Assembly (NCBI GenBank): GCA_964016885.1
Contig: OZ024742.1
Span: 306,776,001 to 306,840,000 of the forward strand
Origin: Eledone cirrhosa
Taxonomy: Eukaryota
DNA length: 64,000 bases
Reading direction: 5' to 3'
Shown piece after piece: positions 12,244-25,440 of the stretch. The notes under the pieces were generated by a model. That model searched no databases and was not told the origin of the DNA. It saw only the letters and a program-made list of their open reading frames with translations. The position numbers and the translations under genes were made by a program. Within the stretch, counting starts at the first letter, position 1, and the number at the start of each line of letters is the position of its first letter.

Positions 12244-12331
12244 AAGAATGAGAAATAAAATAGATTAAGGGGAAGGGCGGGATGGAATTGGAAAAAATGT
12301 CTTTAGATAAAAATAATAGGTCCATTCATGT

Positions 12332-12372
<41 letters not shown>

Positions 12373-13270
12373 AGAAGGAGGCTAGAACGGGAAGAATAAC
12401 TACTGGATAGAGGGAGGCTAGAAAAGGAAGAATAACTGAAAATACAGGAAGGCTATAAATTGAAGAATACATACGGAAAGATGGAGTACAAAAAGGGAAC
12501 GGAAACTAGTAATACAGGGAGACTAGAAAGAGAAGAAAAACTACTGATAGAGGGAAGCTAGAAATGGAAGAATAACTAGGAATAGAGAGCGGCTAGAGAG
12601 GGAAGAATAACTAGGGATACGGGGAGGCTAGAAATGGAAGATTAATTATTGATAAGGGGAGGGTAGAAATGGAAGATTAACTATTGATAGGGGGAAGTTA
12701 GAAATGGAAGATTAACTATTGATAGGGGGAAGTTAGAAATGGAAGATTAACTATTGATAGGGGGAGGCTAGAGAGGGAAGAATAACTAGGCATACGGGGA
12801 GGCTAGAAATGGAAGATTAATTATTGATAAGGGGAGGGTAGAAATGGAAGATTAACTATTGATAGGGGGAAGTTAGAAATGGAAGATTAACTATTGATAG
12901 GGGGAGGCTAGAAATGGAAGATTAACTATTGATAGGGGGAAGCTAGAAATGGAAGATTAACTATTGATAGGGGGAGGCTAGAAATGGAAGATTAACTATT
13001 GATAGGGGGAGGCTAGAAATGGAAGATTAACTATTGATAGGGGGAGGCGAGAAATGGAATATTAACTATTGATAGGGGGAGGCTAGAAATGGAAGATTAA
13101 CTATTGATAGGGGGAGGCTAGAAATGGAAGATTAACTATTGATAGGGGGAGTGTAGAAATGGAAGATTACCTATTGATAGGGAGAGGCTAGAAATGGAAG
13201 ATTAACTATTGATATGGGGAGGGTAGAAATGGAAGATTAACTAGGGATAGGGGGACGCTAGAAACGGAAG
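12373..13270 (+). repeat. 35-bp purine-rich minisatellite (~25 units)
   Basis: Unit GAAATGGAAGATTAACTATTGATAGGGGGAGGCTA (e.g. 12911 and 12946). A 175-bp higher-order repeat occurs at 12596/12771. Confidence 0.95.
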
Positions 13271-13362
13271 GTTGTCCCAAAAGTTCCGAGCGTTTTTTAA
13301 TATGCAAAAAGGCATATAAATAATTGACCTTCAATAAATTTTATTCAATGAAATAACTTCTA
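13269..13362 (-). mobile_element. Mariner right-end fragment
   Basis: Reverse-complement similarity to 11785-11871, including the TIR (AGGTTGTCCCAAAAGTTCCGAGCGTTTTT). Confidence 0.75.
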
Positions 13363-13364
13363 TT

Positions 13365-13750
13365 AGGGGGATTGGCAGTGTCGGTAGAAGGTCGAAGCCT
13401 TGCTTTACAGCATAGAGTTACGCCCCTTTAAGGTCTGAGTTTAAATCGAGCCGAGGTTAACTTTACCTTTCGCACTGGGTTCGATTTAATCGACTTTTCC
13501 CTCCCCCAAAATTGCTGGCCTTGAGCCTATATAAGAAACCATTATTATTAATGACCTTTGCGGTGGATTGGCAGTATCGGTAGAGGGTCAGACGCCATGC
13601 TTTGACGCATAGAGTTACGGTCCTTGCCATTCTGAGTTCAAATCCCGCCGAGGTTACTTTGCCTTTCATCCTTACGGGGTTGATAAAATAAAGTACCAGT
13701 AATACACTGGTTAATTTCTGGCCTTGTGCCAAAAGTAGAAACAATTATTA
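13365..13750 (+). mobile_element. Two tandem tRNA-derived SINEs (Octopus-like family)
   Basis: TGGCAG..GGTAG A-box, GAGTTCAAATCC B-box, conserved GCCGAGGT..TTTGCCTTTCATCCTT.CGGGGT.GATAAA..AAGTACCAGT, and (ATT)n tails. Confidence 0.8.
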
Positions 13751-13836
13751 ATGACCTTTGCCCATCTATCAAGCAATGTAAATATTTCATCAGCATAAAA
13801 TTGACTGGTTTTGAAGAATATATATATATATATTTA

Positions 13837-14035
13837 TAACGAAGGCAGTGTGGTAAGGAACCAGATGGACCATAACGCACCAGAGTACTCAGTACTTAGG
13901 GTAGTAGGGTGGGTAATAGGAAATGGTTAACCTTGACGGCAGAGCTCAAGCCTTTTCGAAGACTATTTCTGGACGGTCCAGAAATAGCCGTCGAAACGAC
14001 TTGAGCTCTGCTGTCGGGGTTAAACATGTTTCTAT
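13837..14035 (-). mobile_element. ~200-bp hairpin-ended element (family D) copy 1, containing a half-HHR
   Basis: Homologous to 14817-15013 and 43927-44121. The terminal ~120 bp forms a hairpin, and flanks are (TA)n. Confidence 0.8.
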
Positions 14036-14362
14036 ATATATATATATAATAATAATACTATTTATAGTTATCTATATACTATACGCTTGCATATGTATTG
14101 CTAATGTACTCTTTCTTTCTCAATGCTCCTTTCTCAATGCCTCTTTAATTATTAGACTATTCTCTTGTAATATTCTCTTGTATTATCTGTTGCATGTATT
14201 CCACTGTGTGCTTCTAATTTGAATTTGAATTTTTGTACAATTCTCGTAAAATATATGTCACACCTATTCCACCCTGTAAATACGAAACTGTTGCTCACAA
14301 CATCAATATATATGTATCTATATTATTGTTCAGTTGAATATATATAAGAATAAATAATGTAT

Positions 14363-14408
14363 CTTGTTAATCGGGAGTTCCATCTGCTTCTCGGGGTCAT
14401 CAGACAAG
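14363..14408 (-). ncRNA. Degenerate HHR-like motif
   Basis: Minus strand reads CTTGT-CTGATGA-..-GGAACTCCCGATTA-ACAAG. Stem I is intact, but the GAAA box and stem II are eroded. Confidence 0.4.
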
Positions 14409-14684
14409 AAATAAGCCTTCAATAGTAGAAACAGTTCAGATAAACGAAGATTTATGGGGGGATTAATTGTACTGCCTCTACATTGAAATCCATCAAAACA
14501 TGTACATGTTCCCCATCGAAACATGAACTATTTCACCAAATTTAAATCCATGTAATATACCTAACAATTATAAACTATTTATTGTCAGATTAAAGAAAAA
14601 ACAATCTTTAAATATACTCCTTTCCTTACTTTTATTTTTTACCTATAATCTTCGATTTATTCAAAACTTACCCCCTTTTGCAAC

Positions 14685-14755
<71 letters not shown>

Positions 14756-14783
14756 CTGTGCGCGTGTATGTGTGTGTCTGTAC

Positions 14784-14815
<32 letters not shown>

Positions 14816-14816
14816 G

Positions 14817-15012
14817 TAACGAAGGAAATGTGTTAAGGAACCAGATGGACCATAACGCACCAAAGTACTCAATACTTAGGGTAGTAGAGTGGGTAATAGG
14901 AACGAGTATGACCCCGACGGCTGAGCTCAAGCCGTTTCGACGGCTAATTCTGGACCCAGAATTAGCCGTCGAAACGGCTTGAGCTCAGCCGTCGGGGTCC
15001 TACTGGTTCCTA

Positions 15013-15013
<1 letters not shown>
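14817..15013 (-). mobile_element. Family D copy 2, near-perfect hairpin at 14896-15013
   Basis: GACCCCGACGGCTGAGCTCAAGCCGTTTCGACGGCTAATTCTGG-ac-CCAGAATTAGCCGTCGAAACGGCTTGAGCTCAGCCGTCGGGGTC. Confidence 0.85.
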
Positions 15014-15099
<86 letters not shown>

Positions 15100-15276
15100 G
15101 TGTATGTATTATATATGCGTGTGTGTAGTGTATTGTGTTGTTCACGAATGCAATTTGAACTCGCACCGATTCACTTTGATTTATCGATTGAATTTACTAC
15201 CACGGATTACATAATTCCTCCTAGCCGACATCACACACAGAAACATGCATATTATATATGTAATAATATGTATATA

Positions 15277-15423
<147 letters not shown>

Positions 15424-15424
15424 G

Positions 15425-15456
<32 letters not shown>

Positions 15457-15478
15457 CATTTATATTTATATATATACA

Positions 15479-15553
<75 letters not shown>

Positions 15554-15964
15554 ATGTATATATAGTATATGTATATATATTATCGAGAGTCAAATAGATA
15601 GAGACATAGATAAAATCTTCATTTGTATATGATATAAAGAGAGATCAATTAGTTTATCCTAAATAACATGCACAAATACACATACATGATGTAATCCTTG
15701 AACCTTTAGCGAATATGAAACTTTCAGAGTGTTAACGCTTCATTGATGTTTCAGTAGTGATAGGTTGTATGTCGAGTGTAACCTGCTGTATATGAACAAA
15801 TTAATGACATGCAGCTAATGTATATAATCAGCGCTACTTTCCCATGGATGTATCTATGTATACAAAATCTTACATAGAAAAACACATATCAACACCAGTT
15901 AGAAAAAGACACACGCACATATGCAAATACACAAATAGCTAGATAGCTAGCTAGGGTAGCTAGC

Positions 15965-16026
<62 letters not shown>

Positions 16027-16265
16027 TGTTTCTTTATTAGCCACAGCGTCACACAAGAAGGGGACAAATACAAAGGGGGAAGTTTACATACAATAAAAAC
16101 GTGTAAAATGTTATCACAAATGCAATTTAAAAAATTAGTCGATTTTCCCCAATGGGGGGAGACAGTTCATATAGGTAACACATAACCCCGAAAAAATGTG
16201 AAACCCTCATCTCCAGGAGTACGAAGAGTTTGTACTCCTTTCCTCTCCTCCTCCTTTTCCTCAAC

Positions 16266-19200
16266 CTACAGGCTGATATAGAGAGAAGGCCCATTCACTC
16301 GGGCCAATCTCGCCACTTTCACCCACCTTTCATAAAACTTGCTGGGGTACAGCACCTCTCTCTCCATCCTGATTCTTCTTCCAAAGTGGTATTTGAAAAA
16401 AATAATCAGTTGTTGGCCGGAGAGAAAGGTGTCTGACCTCAGCCCTTTCAACCTTGTCCACCATACAACCTCTTTCGCCATAGCTATCACACAAAGGAAA
16501 ACCGCCTCTCCTTCGTTTTTGAAAGAGGGTAGCGGAGTGATCATGACAATGGACTCGGTGGTCAACCGGATTGGTCCCACCCGCGACAATAGTCTTTCTA
16601 CATAGCCCCCAGGTCAGTGACACCCGGGCAGTGTATGAATGCGTGCGCGACGGTTTCTTCGTTACGCACGCATCTCGGACAGATCTTTTTTGCAGGGTCC
16701 CTGCTCGGGCGCCCATGTCTGTAGAGCTTGTCTCGAACTGGTAGAGCTCCTCGGTAGCACTGCCAGGCCAGGGACTTTTGGAAGTTGTCCATCGGTCCCG
16801 GGTGGAAGGTCCTACCGAACAGACTGGCCAGTTCATCTTCCTCTACGCCTAGAGTTTCACCGAGCGCGTCGTCGCACTTGCTGCGGATCAACTCTCTATA
16901 GAATGACGAAGTGGAGTCTCCACTGATCGCCGGGTCCGCCTGCCAGAGGGCTGTGAGCGCTTGAGCACATTCGATGTGCCAGTCGCCCATTTTCCTCGGT
17001 CTTTGCTTGACCCAGGACTGCAGCTCGGTCAGCGAGACGAGTCGTGGGAAGGCTCGCCTCACGAACGGGGCCCACACCGGTTGTCCGGTGAGGAATACGT
17101 AGAGATGCCGCAGCCTGAGTGCGTGTTTGCGCATCGTCAACCACGGCATCCCCAGCCCTACGTTAGAAGGGTGTTGGCAGCAGATGGATCTTCTCACCAA
17201 AGGAGCCCGCCTCTTCCAAAGGAATTGGAAGAGCGCGCGCTCCATTTTGGAGAGCGTTTTGGCTGGACAAGGCACGACGGTCAATCGGTAGTAGATGGCG
17301 GACGCTATAAAAGTTTTCGCCACCTCCGCTCGACCTTTCAAGAATAGTTTGCACTCGGCCCACTTCTGGGTGAGTGCAAACACCTTGGCCGTCACTGCGT
17401 TCCAGTTCTTCTCCACCTGGAGGTCCGGACCAAACCAGACCCCAAGCAGCTTTACCGGTCCTTCCGTCCAGCGTCCGACGACGCCATCGGAAGGCATCGG
17501 TTTGCCTCTCCACGATCCGAGTTGCAAACCGATGGAGTTGTCCCAGTTCAGCTTCGCTCCTGTAAAACTTTAGTATTCCTTCAGTAAGGTGCCGACTTCC
17601 TCGATTTGCGAGGCGCTCGAAACCATTACTGTGACGTCGTCGGCGTAGGCCGACGCCGCTTTCCGCAGTCCCGGTTCCAGAGGGATGCCCTGCAATAGCT
17701 CCAACTTCCGCAGTAGTGGCTCGAGAGTCAGTACGTACAGAAGGGAGGAGAGAGGGCATCCCTGTCGAATGGATCGCGTAATATGGAACGGCTCCGAGAG
17801 GTAGCCGTTCACCTTGACCCTTTAGCAGATATTGCTGTTGTGCATTGCAGCAATCCAGCCCCTGAACACGGGTCCGAAGCTTGTCGCCTCGAGCACCGCA
17901 TCCAGGTAACGATGGTCAACCCTATCGAAAGCCTTAGACTGATCCAAGTTGATCAGGGCCCCACCGAAGCCGGGTTTACACCCAACCCTCTCTATGATGT
18001 ATCGCATGAGGTGGAGGTTGTCGTGTATGGACCTTGTCGGGATTGCGCATGTCTGCGCTTCTCCCACCAGGTTCTCGACGACAAGCGCCAGCCTCTTTGC
18101 CAACACCTTGGCCAAAATCTGTAACTCTGTGTTTAGCAGAGTTATGGGCCGGAAGTTGCCTGTGTCATCCCCCTTATTCTCGTCCTTCCTGACTAGTGTG
18201 ACCACGCCCCCGGTTACAGAACTGGGAATTCTCCCGTTCTGTTGTCAGTTGCAGTAGACCGCTTCCAGGAGACCGGAGAATAAGTCCGGCATTGCTACGT
18301 AAAATTTGTAGGGTAGACCGTCGAGACCTGGAGATTTGCATTTGCCGCATTGGCTTAGCGCGACCACTATGTCAGCGGCTGAAATCAACTTTTCGCAGAA
18401 CTTTGACTCGCTGTCCGAGAGTCGTGGTAGGCCGTCGAGGTATGGACCGAAATCCATAGCCTCTCCCGGCGCGCGGCCCCGCCCGAACAGTTGAGCAAAG
18501 TGTCGCTCAATGGCCGCACACATCTGCTTCGGCTCACGTATCACGCGTCCGTTTTGGTCCTTCAAAGACCGAATCGTGGACTTGTTGCCACTTTTTGCCT
18601 CCGTCACTCGGGCCCAGCTAACAGCTTTGGCTCCCTCGTTTCCCAGAGCACGTATTTTGCTTCTGACAACGCAGCCCTCGTGCTTTGCGTCGAAGAACTG
18701 GTCCAAGGCCGTTCTCGTTGCTAGCACGCTGGCTACGTTGCCACTTCTAATTGCCTCTTCTACTTTATCTACCAGTTTCTTCTCGGTTCTATTTCTATCT
18801 AACGCTAATTCTTTACTAAAAACTAACGAGTCTAATCTAACTGCCTTCTTGAGAGAACCACCATCTGTTGTTGACAATGGCTCCTGTCAAGTGCTGTTTA
18901 ACTAAAGTGCTAATCCGTCTACTGGAGGCTTTGCTTGTCGGTAACGACAAGTTCAGCTTCCAGTAGCCGGGTCCTTGTCTATGGGTTCTATCAAGATTGG
19001 CCATGCAGGTCACTAGTTTGTGATCTGAATAGGCAACCATGAACATTTGTGGACAGCTTAACATGTCCCTATCCTTATTTCTAACTAGAACCCTATCTAG
19101 GTATGATCTAGATGTTCCGCTGCGATTAGTCCAGGTTCATAGTGGCACAGTCGGAAAATCTAGTCGATATCTATCGGCCAGGTCAAATCTGCCGTTAACT

Positions 19201-19706
19201 GTTTAAGGCTGTTACACGCCCCCTCCTCCTTTATCTGGACATGCTCCCACATAGTCCCAACGTGCATCTAGGATTCCATTCCAGTCCCCCACTAAAAGCA
19301 AGGAGCGGGACGTTCCCAGAAAAGTCTCTACATGTTTGAAGAAGTCTAGCTGTTGTGTCCCGGGTGGGGCATATGCAACCACCAGTCTGAAGGCTCCACC
19401 TTCACTACCGTCAACGTCTAGGACCACCAGTCGACCCTCCGAGTCCAGATGTACCGTCTGTGTTACGAGGCCCAGGTGTTTCCGCAGCAAAACGGCAACT
19501 CCGCCCCCACCCCCCGGTTGACAGAGAGATGCGTAGATCTCAAAGTCATCGAAGATGGGGGCCAGCTGTCGCTCGCTGTGAATCCTGTACTCGCAAATGG
19601 CTACCACATCCATACTGTGCGACCTGAAGTTGTTTAAGAGTTTGCCCTGTTTCCAGGGTATCGCCAGGCCGCGTACATTCACACATCCAACTCTTATATT
19701 GGCCAT
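16266..19706 (-). pseudogene. LINE ORF2 (AP endonuclease + reverse transcriptase + C-terminal Zn motif), disrupted
   Basis: VGCVNVRGL, LLVGDWN, YSDH, KSPGLDGLP, FRPITLLN, LDQSKAFDRVDH, IRQGCPLS, AYADDV, LLGVWF and CPRC..ETVAHAFIHC occur, with several stops and frameshifts. Confidence 0.92.
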
Positions 19707-21549
19707 GTTGGTGCTGGAAATTTAAAAGAAGGGGAAAAGAAATCACTTACCTCTTCGTCTTCTGGGAACCAGGCTGCACGATTTCCATGGGGGTGTTTGA
19801 GGGGTTGTTTGGTGGTGGTTTCTGGTGGGATGGGGACGGAGATTTTTGGTGGAGAGGGGGTGTATGGTGGGATGGAGTGTCTGGGGTGGGGGTATCTAGG
19901 GTGGGGGTGTGGAAACATTTTAACAGGACTCGATTGTATATTTGACGCAGGCGTTACCTACGTCGTTAGGAAATTTTCCTTTTAACTGTTTACGTGTGTC
20001 CATGGAGATCCTAATCATTTTAAGGTTAGGATTCTCCGAATACTGTGTAAAAGATTTCCCTTCGGTCTCGACCGAAGGTTTTTTATATATGGGGTCTGTT
20101 AAAGTGTTATTCTTAGTATTTATGTAGGTGTAACATTTTTGTTGCGTTGTGTTGCTTTTTGTCTGTGGTTCTTGTGTGTGTTTATGTTTTGTAGTAGGTG
20201 TTTTGTTTTCAGGAGGGGGTGTTTTTGTTTGTGCTGTTTGCGTTGCTTGTGTGTTTGTTGCATTTTTGTTTGTGTTATGTCTTTTCTTTTTTTCTTTTTA
20301 CTGGTCGGAAAAGCTCTCCCTCATCGTCACTGGGTGACGATGATGAGGCCTCATCCGTGTTGTTGGGGAGGGGTACATTTTGGGGAGTTGTTATGTGTGT
20401 GGGTGTTTCTGGAGTTGTTTTAGTTGGGGAGGGGTTGGGTGGGACTGTGTTTGTCGTTTGTTTTGTTGTCACTATTTTTTATGTTGTTGTTGTCGTTGTG
20501 GTGGTGATGGTTGTGCTGGTGTTGCAGGTGTTGGCAGTAGTGCCTTTTTGGGGCTAGTTAGCCGAGGACAGGAAGCTCTCAGGTTACCCCTGCTTAAGCA
20601 GTGGTAACATGAGGGCCGCCTACCCTCGACCGAAATGTTTATGTATATAAGCCCATCCAGCAGAACACGTTCCGGGATCCTAGCTAATCGTTCTGGCGTC
20701 ATTTGGACCAGAATTTCCAGGCTAGATCGGCTAAACAGGACTTACCTACCGATATTATTGAGTCTTTTTGGAGGTTTAAAATCCACATAGTACCCACCAA
20801 ATATCAATATTTGGTGTGATGCTTTCGATTTTTATTTTCTGTGTTCTTTTCCCCATGTAAGTGGGGGAAAATGTGAACAGCGGTAACACAATTGGCGACA
20901 CAGAATATCTCTGTGCCGTCAATTGGTTTTTCACCAGAATGGATAAACTCCCGTAGAGTCTACCCTTCTGAATGAAAGCAATGTCTTTTAAGGCATCTTT
21001 TAAAACCAACTCAATTTCACCTTGTGAAAGTTTAGTTGGTTTTCGGGTTTTGTTTGAGACTGTCCTGAAAACCAGTTTTCAAGGCAGTTTCTCTTCGCAA
21101 ATCTGGGGGAGAGTTTATGGAAAATGATCCGTTCTCCCCCAAAGTTACGTACTGTCTGGCGTTATTCAAAAGATCATTTGCATTTGAAATATCCACCGGA
21201 GTGTAGCTTACCGTTTTCTTTACGGTTTGCGCAAACGGTATTTTGTCGTTTACTTCCTTGTTGCAGTTATTGGTCTTGTTGTTGTTGTTGTTGTTCTTGT
21301 TGTTGGTGTTGTTTTAGTTCATAGTATTGTTGTTGTTGTTGTTGCTGGTGCCGCTGGTTGTGTTGTCTTTGTCCATTGTTTCACACTTTTGGCCATGGCA
21401 ACGTCAAGTTGTTAGTCAGCAGGTGAACAAAATCCTTCCTCTGGCTGAACTTTGTCTGAGACATCTGCTATTATGACAGTGGGATGGGGAAGCTGTAAGC
21501 ATATCTTCCCCGTTCCTCCTGTTGGTGAAGAAGCTGTTGCCTCAGCCAT
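19694..21549 (-). pseudogene. LINE ORF1 (gag-like), disrupted
   Basis: Candidate start MAEATASS at 21549. VEGRRPSCYHCLSRGNLRASCP is a CCHC-like knuckle (H>N), flanked by low-complexity Q/T/P/K regions. Confidence 0.7.
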
Positions 21550-21935
21550 TTTTTTTAAAAACGTTAGTTTTTCCAAAATAAATTTTTATGAACTATTTCG
21601 TCTAAAGGCGTAGAATATTTTGAGAGACTGACCAGATCAAAATTTGACCTGGCAGTCCCTCTACAAATCGGTATAAAAATGAAGGTTCACAGTCAAAAAT
21701 TTCTATAGCAATTTAAGCAGAACATACCCAGCAAGTTTCACGGGTGTGTCCATCCCAGAGATAGATAGGTAGATAGATAGATAGATAGATAGATGTAAAT
21801 GTATCTATATATGTATTAATATATCTATATGTGTATTGTACGTGTGTACAGATGCATTCGCAACTCTTTACATATCGTACAAGCATATATACACATATTC
21901 GAGGTGATAGCGTGCGCATGTGCGGCTTTAGTATC

Positions 21936-22011
<76 letters not shown>

Positions 22012-22078
22012 CATTTACATCTACCTATCTATCTATCCATTTAAAATAACAGATTAAAGTTTAATCAAAGAATCGCTA

Positions 22079-22689
22079 GTGAGGTATATGATTTTTAATG
22101 CAATGAAATATCTATGATCGTTGGCAAATCACTGATGAGGGACTCATTTTATAACATGTTATCCATGTGCAACCTGCAGTATTCTTCTCCCCATTTTTCA
22201 CATATATTTACCTAAACTGCGATTCTGTTTTTCTCTCTCTCTCTCTTACTGCTCCCTCGTTCTCTCTGTTTCTCCTACTTTCTTTCGCCCCCTCTGTCAT
22301 GTCAGTTAACTCTTCCTCACACTTCCACTCACTCATTCACTTCACCCCGTTCGCGACGAATACATTTTCCTTCTTTCTTACATTTGGATTCATCTCGAAA
22401 GGTCTTTTTTCTAAGCGCTCATATATTCACCTAACTTATGCTAACAGAATAACTATGTAGCTTGTTCCCTTCCTATCTACGGTTAGCTTTCCTCTTTGTT
22501 GTTTACTTGTCTCACTTGCTTTACGCGTTTTAATTGTCCTAATAACTTAATTTAGTTATTATTGCACCAACGTGAGGTATATGATTTTTAATGCAATGAA
22601 ATATCTATGATCGTTGGCAAATCACTGATGAGGGACTCATTTTATAACATGTTATCCATGTGCAACCTGCAGTATTCTTCTCCCCATTT

Positions 22690-22693
<4 letters not shown>
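22079..22693 (+). repeat. Partial tandem repeat (493-bp period) ending at (TA)n; PLE-terminus-like
   Basis: 22079-22200 repeats almost exactly at 22572-22693 and contains CTGATGAG. Confidence 0.7.
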
Positions 22694-22747
<54 letters not shown>

Positions 22748-23984
22748 AAGTTTCCGTTGAGAATTTAAAATTTAAAATTATATATATATATATATACATA
22801 GTGATTATTTCCTTAAATTTTAATCTGTTATTTTTATAAATATATACACATTTATATATATATATATATATGTGTGTATGTGTGTGCGTGTGTAATATTC
22901 AACCAAAGCAATGTAAATGTCTATATATATACACTGATAGATGTAAATATATGACATATTGTGTATTTCTCTGTGGAACGTGAGAGATTTAAATGTGAGA
23001 CTTATGTTTCGATTGTAGTAGGAGTCATTCTGAGATACAGTGTACAGCTCTGTGAGTTCACAAATAAATACTAAACTAATGGAAATTCTAATTCTAATGT
23101 CACAGTTACAGTATTTTCTTGCCGTAAGCCTGCTCTGTTTGGTTGCTAAAGTCACCTAAAGGCCAGAATTTGGTATTAATCTGATCTGCATCAACCCCAT
23201 AAATATGCTAGCTCGACACTTTATATTCAACAACATTACATTAAACTATGCAGTATTAGAGATATGATGACCCAACTTCAAACACCAGTGCATCAGTAGT
23301 GTCCCAATCATAGTTAATTGCTTTAAATCATATCCAACACATTGAACCCAAAAGAGCATTCAATCAATCTAAATTACAATGAAAGGAAAATCACCAATAT
23401 TCTGCTCCACAGAATCGTACGAAACAGCAGTCAAAATTATATCCCATTACTTCTTTCGTTCATAAAAAAGCTGAAGGACATATGAACAGGGATCATGGCA
23501 ACATACACACTATCATACGCCGTGGGATCAAATACAAACATTCCCGATTGTGAGAAACACGTCTTGTAAGGTCCCTTTTGCACATGCTTTTCCAATGTGT
23601 GATAACAATAATGTTAACATCTGTCCTATTCCATGTGGAAAAAATATTGACAATACACGTTCAGAACAATATGGACGTCGAAGGGAAAGGAATTTCGATA
23701 GGGTGAACAAGTTAATATTGAAAGCGCATGGCAATCAGGGGAATATCCCGTGATTGTTCGCTATTTATCTTTAGATAAAGCAGGCGGGACTGAGCTTCGT
23801 TCGGTAGGCTAACACACTGCTGATAATATTTTCATTTTACTGTAAAATATTTACTAAAATAATAGTCGTATATATGTTTTTAGTATCGTTGATAGAAAGG
23901 TCCCTTATAAACGCCTCAACATTGCCAACTATTTCTAACTGGGTGCGTGGAGGCAATTTCCATGATGCCACTTTAAAATTTAAC

Positions 23985-24200
23985 CAATTTGAACAACATG
24001 GAGTTTTCGGGTGTTCTTGGTACCTGGGCGACATCCCTACTCATTGCTATCGGGGCGAAGTTGGCCGCAGGTATGTGCGAATCCTACGAGGTGAAAAGGC
24101 TGTTTCAGCGCATATTCCTCGCCGTCCTCCGCGGTAATACATTCTCCATACTTTCGGCCGAGACCGGCAAGTTAGTTGGTGGTTGGCGATAATCGTACAT
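23985..24200 (+). mobile_element. 3' fragment of an RLE-type (CRE-like) non-LTR retrotransposon
   Basis: GVLGTWATSLLIAIGAKLA..EVKRLFQRIFLAVLRGNTFSIL resembles the CRE-type C-terminus (LFQRxSxAxQRGNA). Confidence 0.6.
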
Positions 24201-25069
24201 TATTCTACTTAAACCCACAGGCAGATAGCCCAACAACCGGAACCTTAAATTATTAACTTTTACACAAATTTAAATATTTTGTTCTCTCCGAAGATGAATT
24301 TTAGTATATTCTGTGCAGAAACAGCTAACGGAGGAAATGATGGTATGGCTCCGTGCTATACACCCTATCAAGTAACATTACTCTAAACAACATTGTATTC
24401 GTGATCGTACTATTTTGGTCAATACCCACGATACATGACCATAGTTCAGGGTAAGCACTAAAACCAAATTGAAGATAGTGAGTTTGTATTTCAATCCTAC
24501 TTTTCTTCTTTAGATGACTGAGTACGGAAGAAGAAGCATTTTTGCACCGGCTCTTGTGGTTCTTGTATTTAATTACAATCACACTCGCACATTGTCTTCT
24601 CATCCCTTTTCCACGCTATGACGGACAATTTACGGCAGAGTTACAACTACTTTAATAACATATAATTGTTTGTTGGAACAGAGACATGGCTGAGTGATGA
24701 AGAGGTTGGCTTACAATCAAAACCTATGCAGAATCTATCACCTAATGATTTATTAGTGGTAACATTTTACTCAGTATAAATCACCAAAGTGGTTCTTGTT
24801 AGTTGTCATCCATGTTCTACCTCCAGCATATTGGTCTCAAATGATACCATTAACAAAAACGAATACATCAATACTTGTTTCAGATTTAGGTTCACCGTCG
24901 AAACTTCACGATTGTGGGAAGGTTGATCACATCTATCCGATACTTGGTTTTATCAACTCTTGTAGGGTGAAAGCAAATTTGTAAACTCAGAATTTTAAGA
25001 ACCGGAACAAATAGGGCAAAGTATTTTGTCGTCCCTCATTCTAAGGATAATGCCAACGCATTAATAATT

Positions 25070-25440
25070 CTTTCGAACACTGGCACAAGAGCAACAATTT
25101 GGATGAAGGAATTTACTGATATTTGGAAGGGAAATAAGGCAAGGCTGACACCGGTGGGGATTTGAACACAGAACATAAATAACTAGAACAAATATTGCTA
25201 AGCATTTGCCAACGCTCTAACTACTCTGCCAATCTATATTCCTCACAATCCATTCTATTTGTTGCGCAAGGAAAGCAATTTGGAGGAAAAGGAAAGTCGA
25301 TTATATCGACACCAGTATTTTAAATTAATTGCCCCAAAAGGAGGAAAGGCATAGTTGACCTCAGCGGGATTTGAACTCAGTATGTAAAAAGCCAAAAAAT
25401 ATACTGCTAAGCATTTCTCACACTTCAAACAACTTTGTCA
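25070..25440 (-). mobile_element. Two degraded copies of the Octopus-like tRNA SINE
   Basis: Reverse-complement B-boxes GGATTTGAAC and GAAAGGC..GACCTC.GCGGGATTTGAACTCAG match 13560-13750. Confidence 0.65.

Larger units (their letters stand above)
16027..21757 (-). mobile_element. Near full-length Tx1/L1-clade LINE inserted in (GATA)n
   Basis: ORF1 has a zinc-knuckle-like motif and ORF2 has APE, RT and a C-terminal Zn motif. A 3' AATAAA runs straight into (TATC)n, and GATA repeats flank both ends. Confidence 0.93.

Noticed and set aside
12373-13270. 35-bp periodic array as CRISPR-like
   Set aside because: Units are contiguous with no unique spacers, there are no cas genes, and the context is eukaryotic.
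24325-24603. KKKSR..HYLQFGF resembling a hAT BED-finger N-terminus
   Set aside because: The motif is too short and the expected Cys/His spacing is incomplete.
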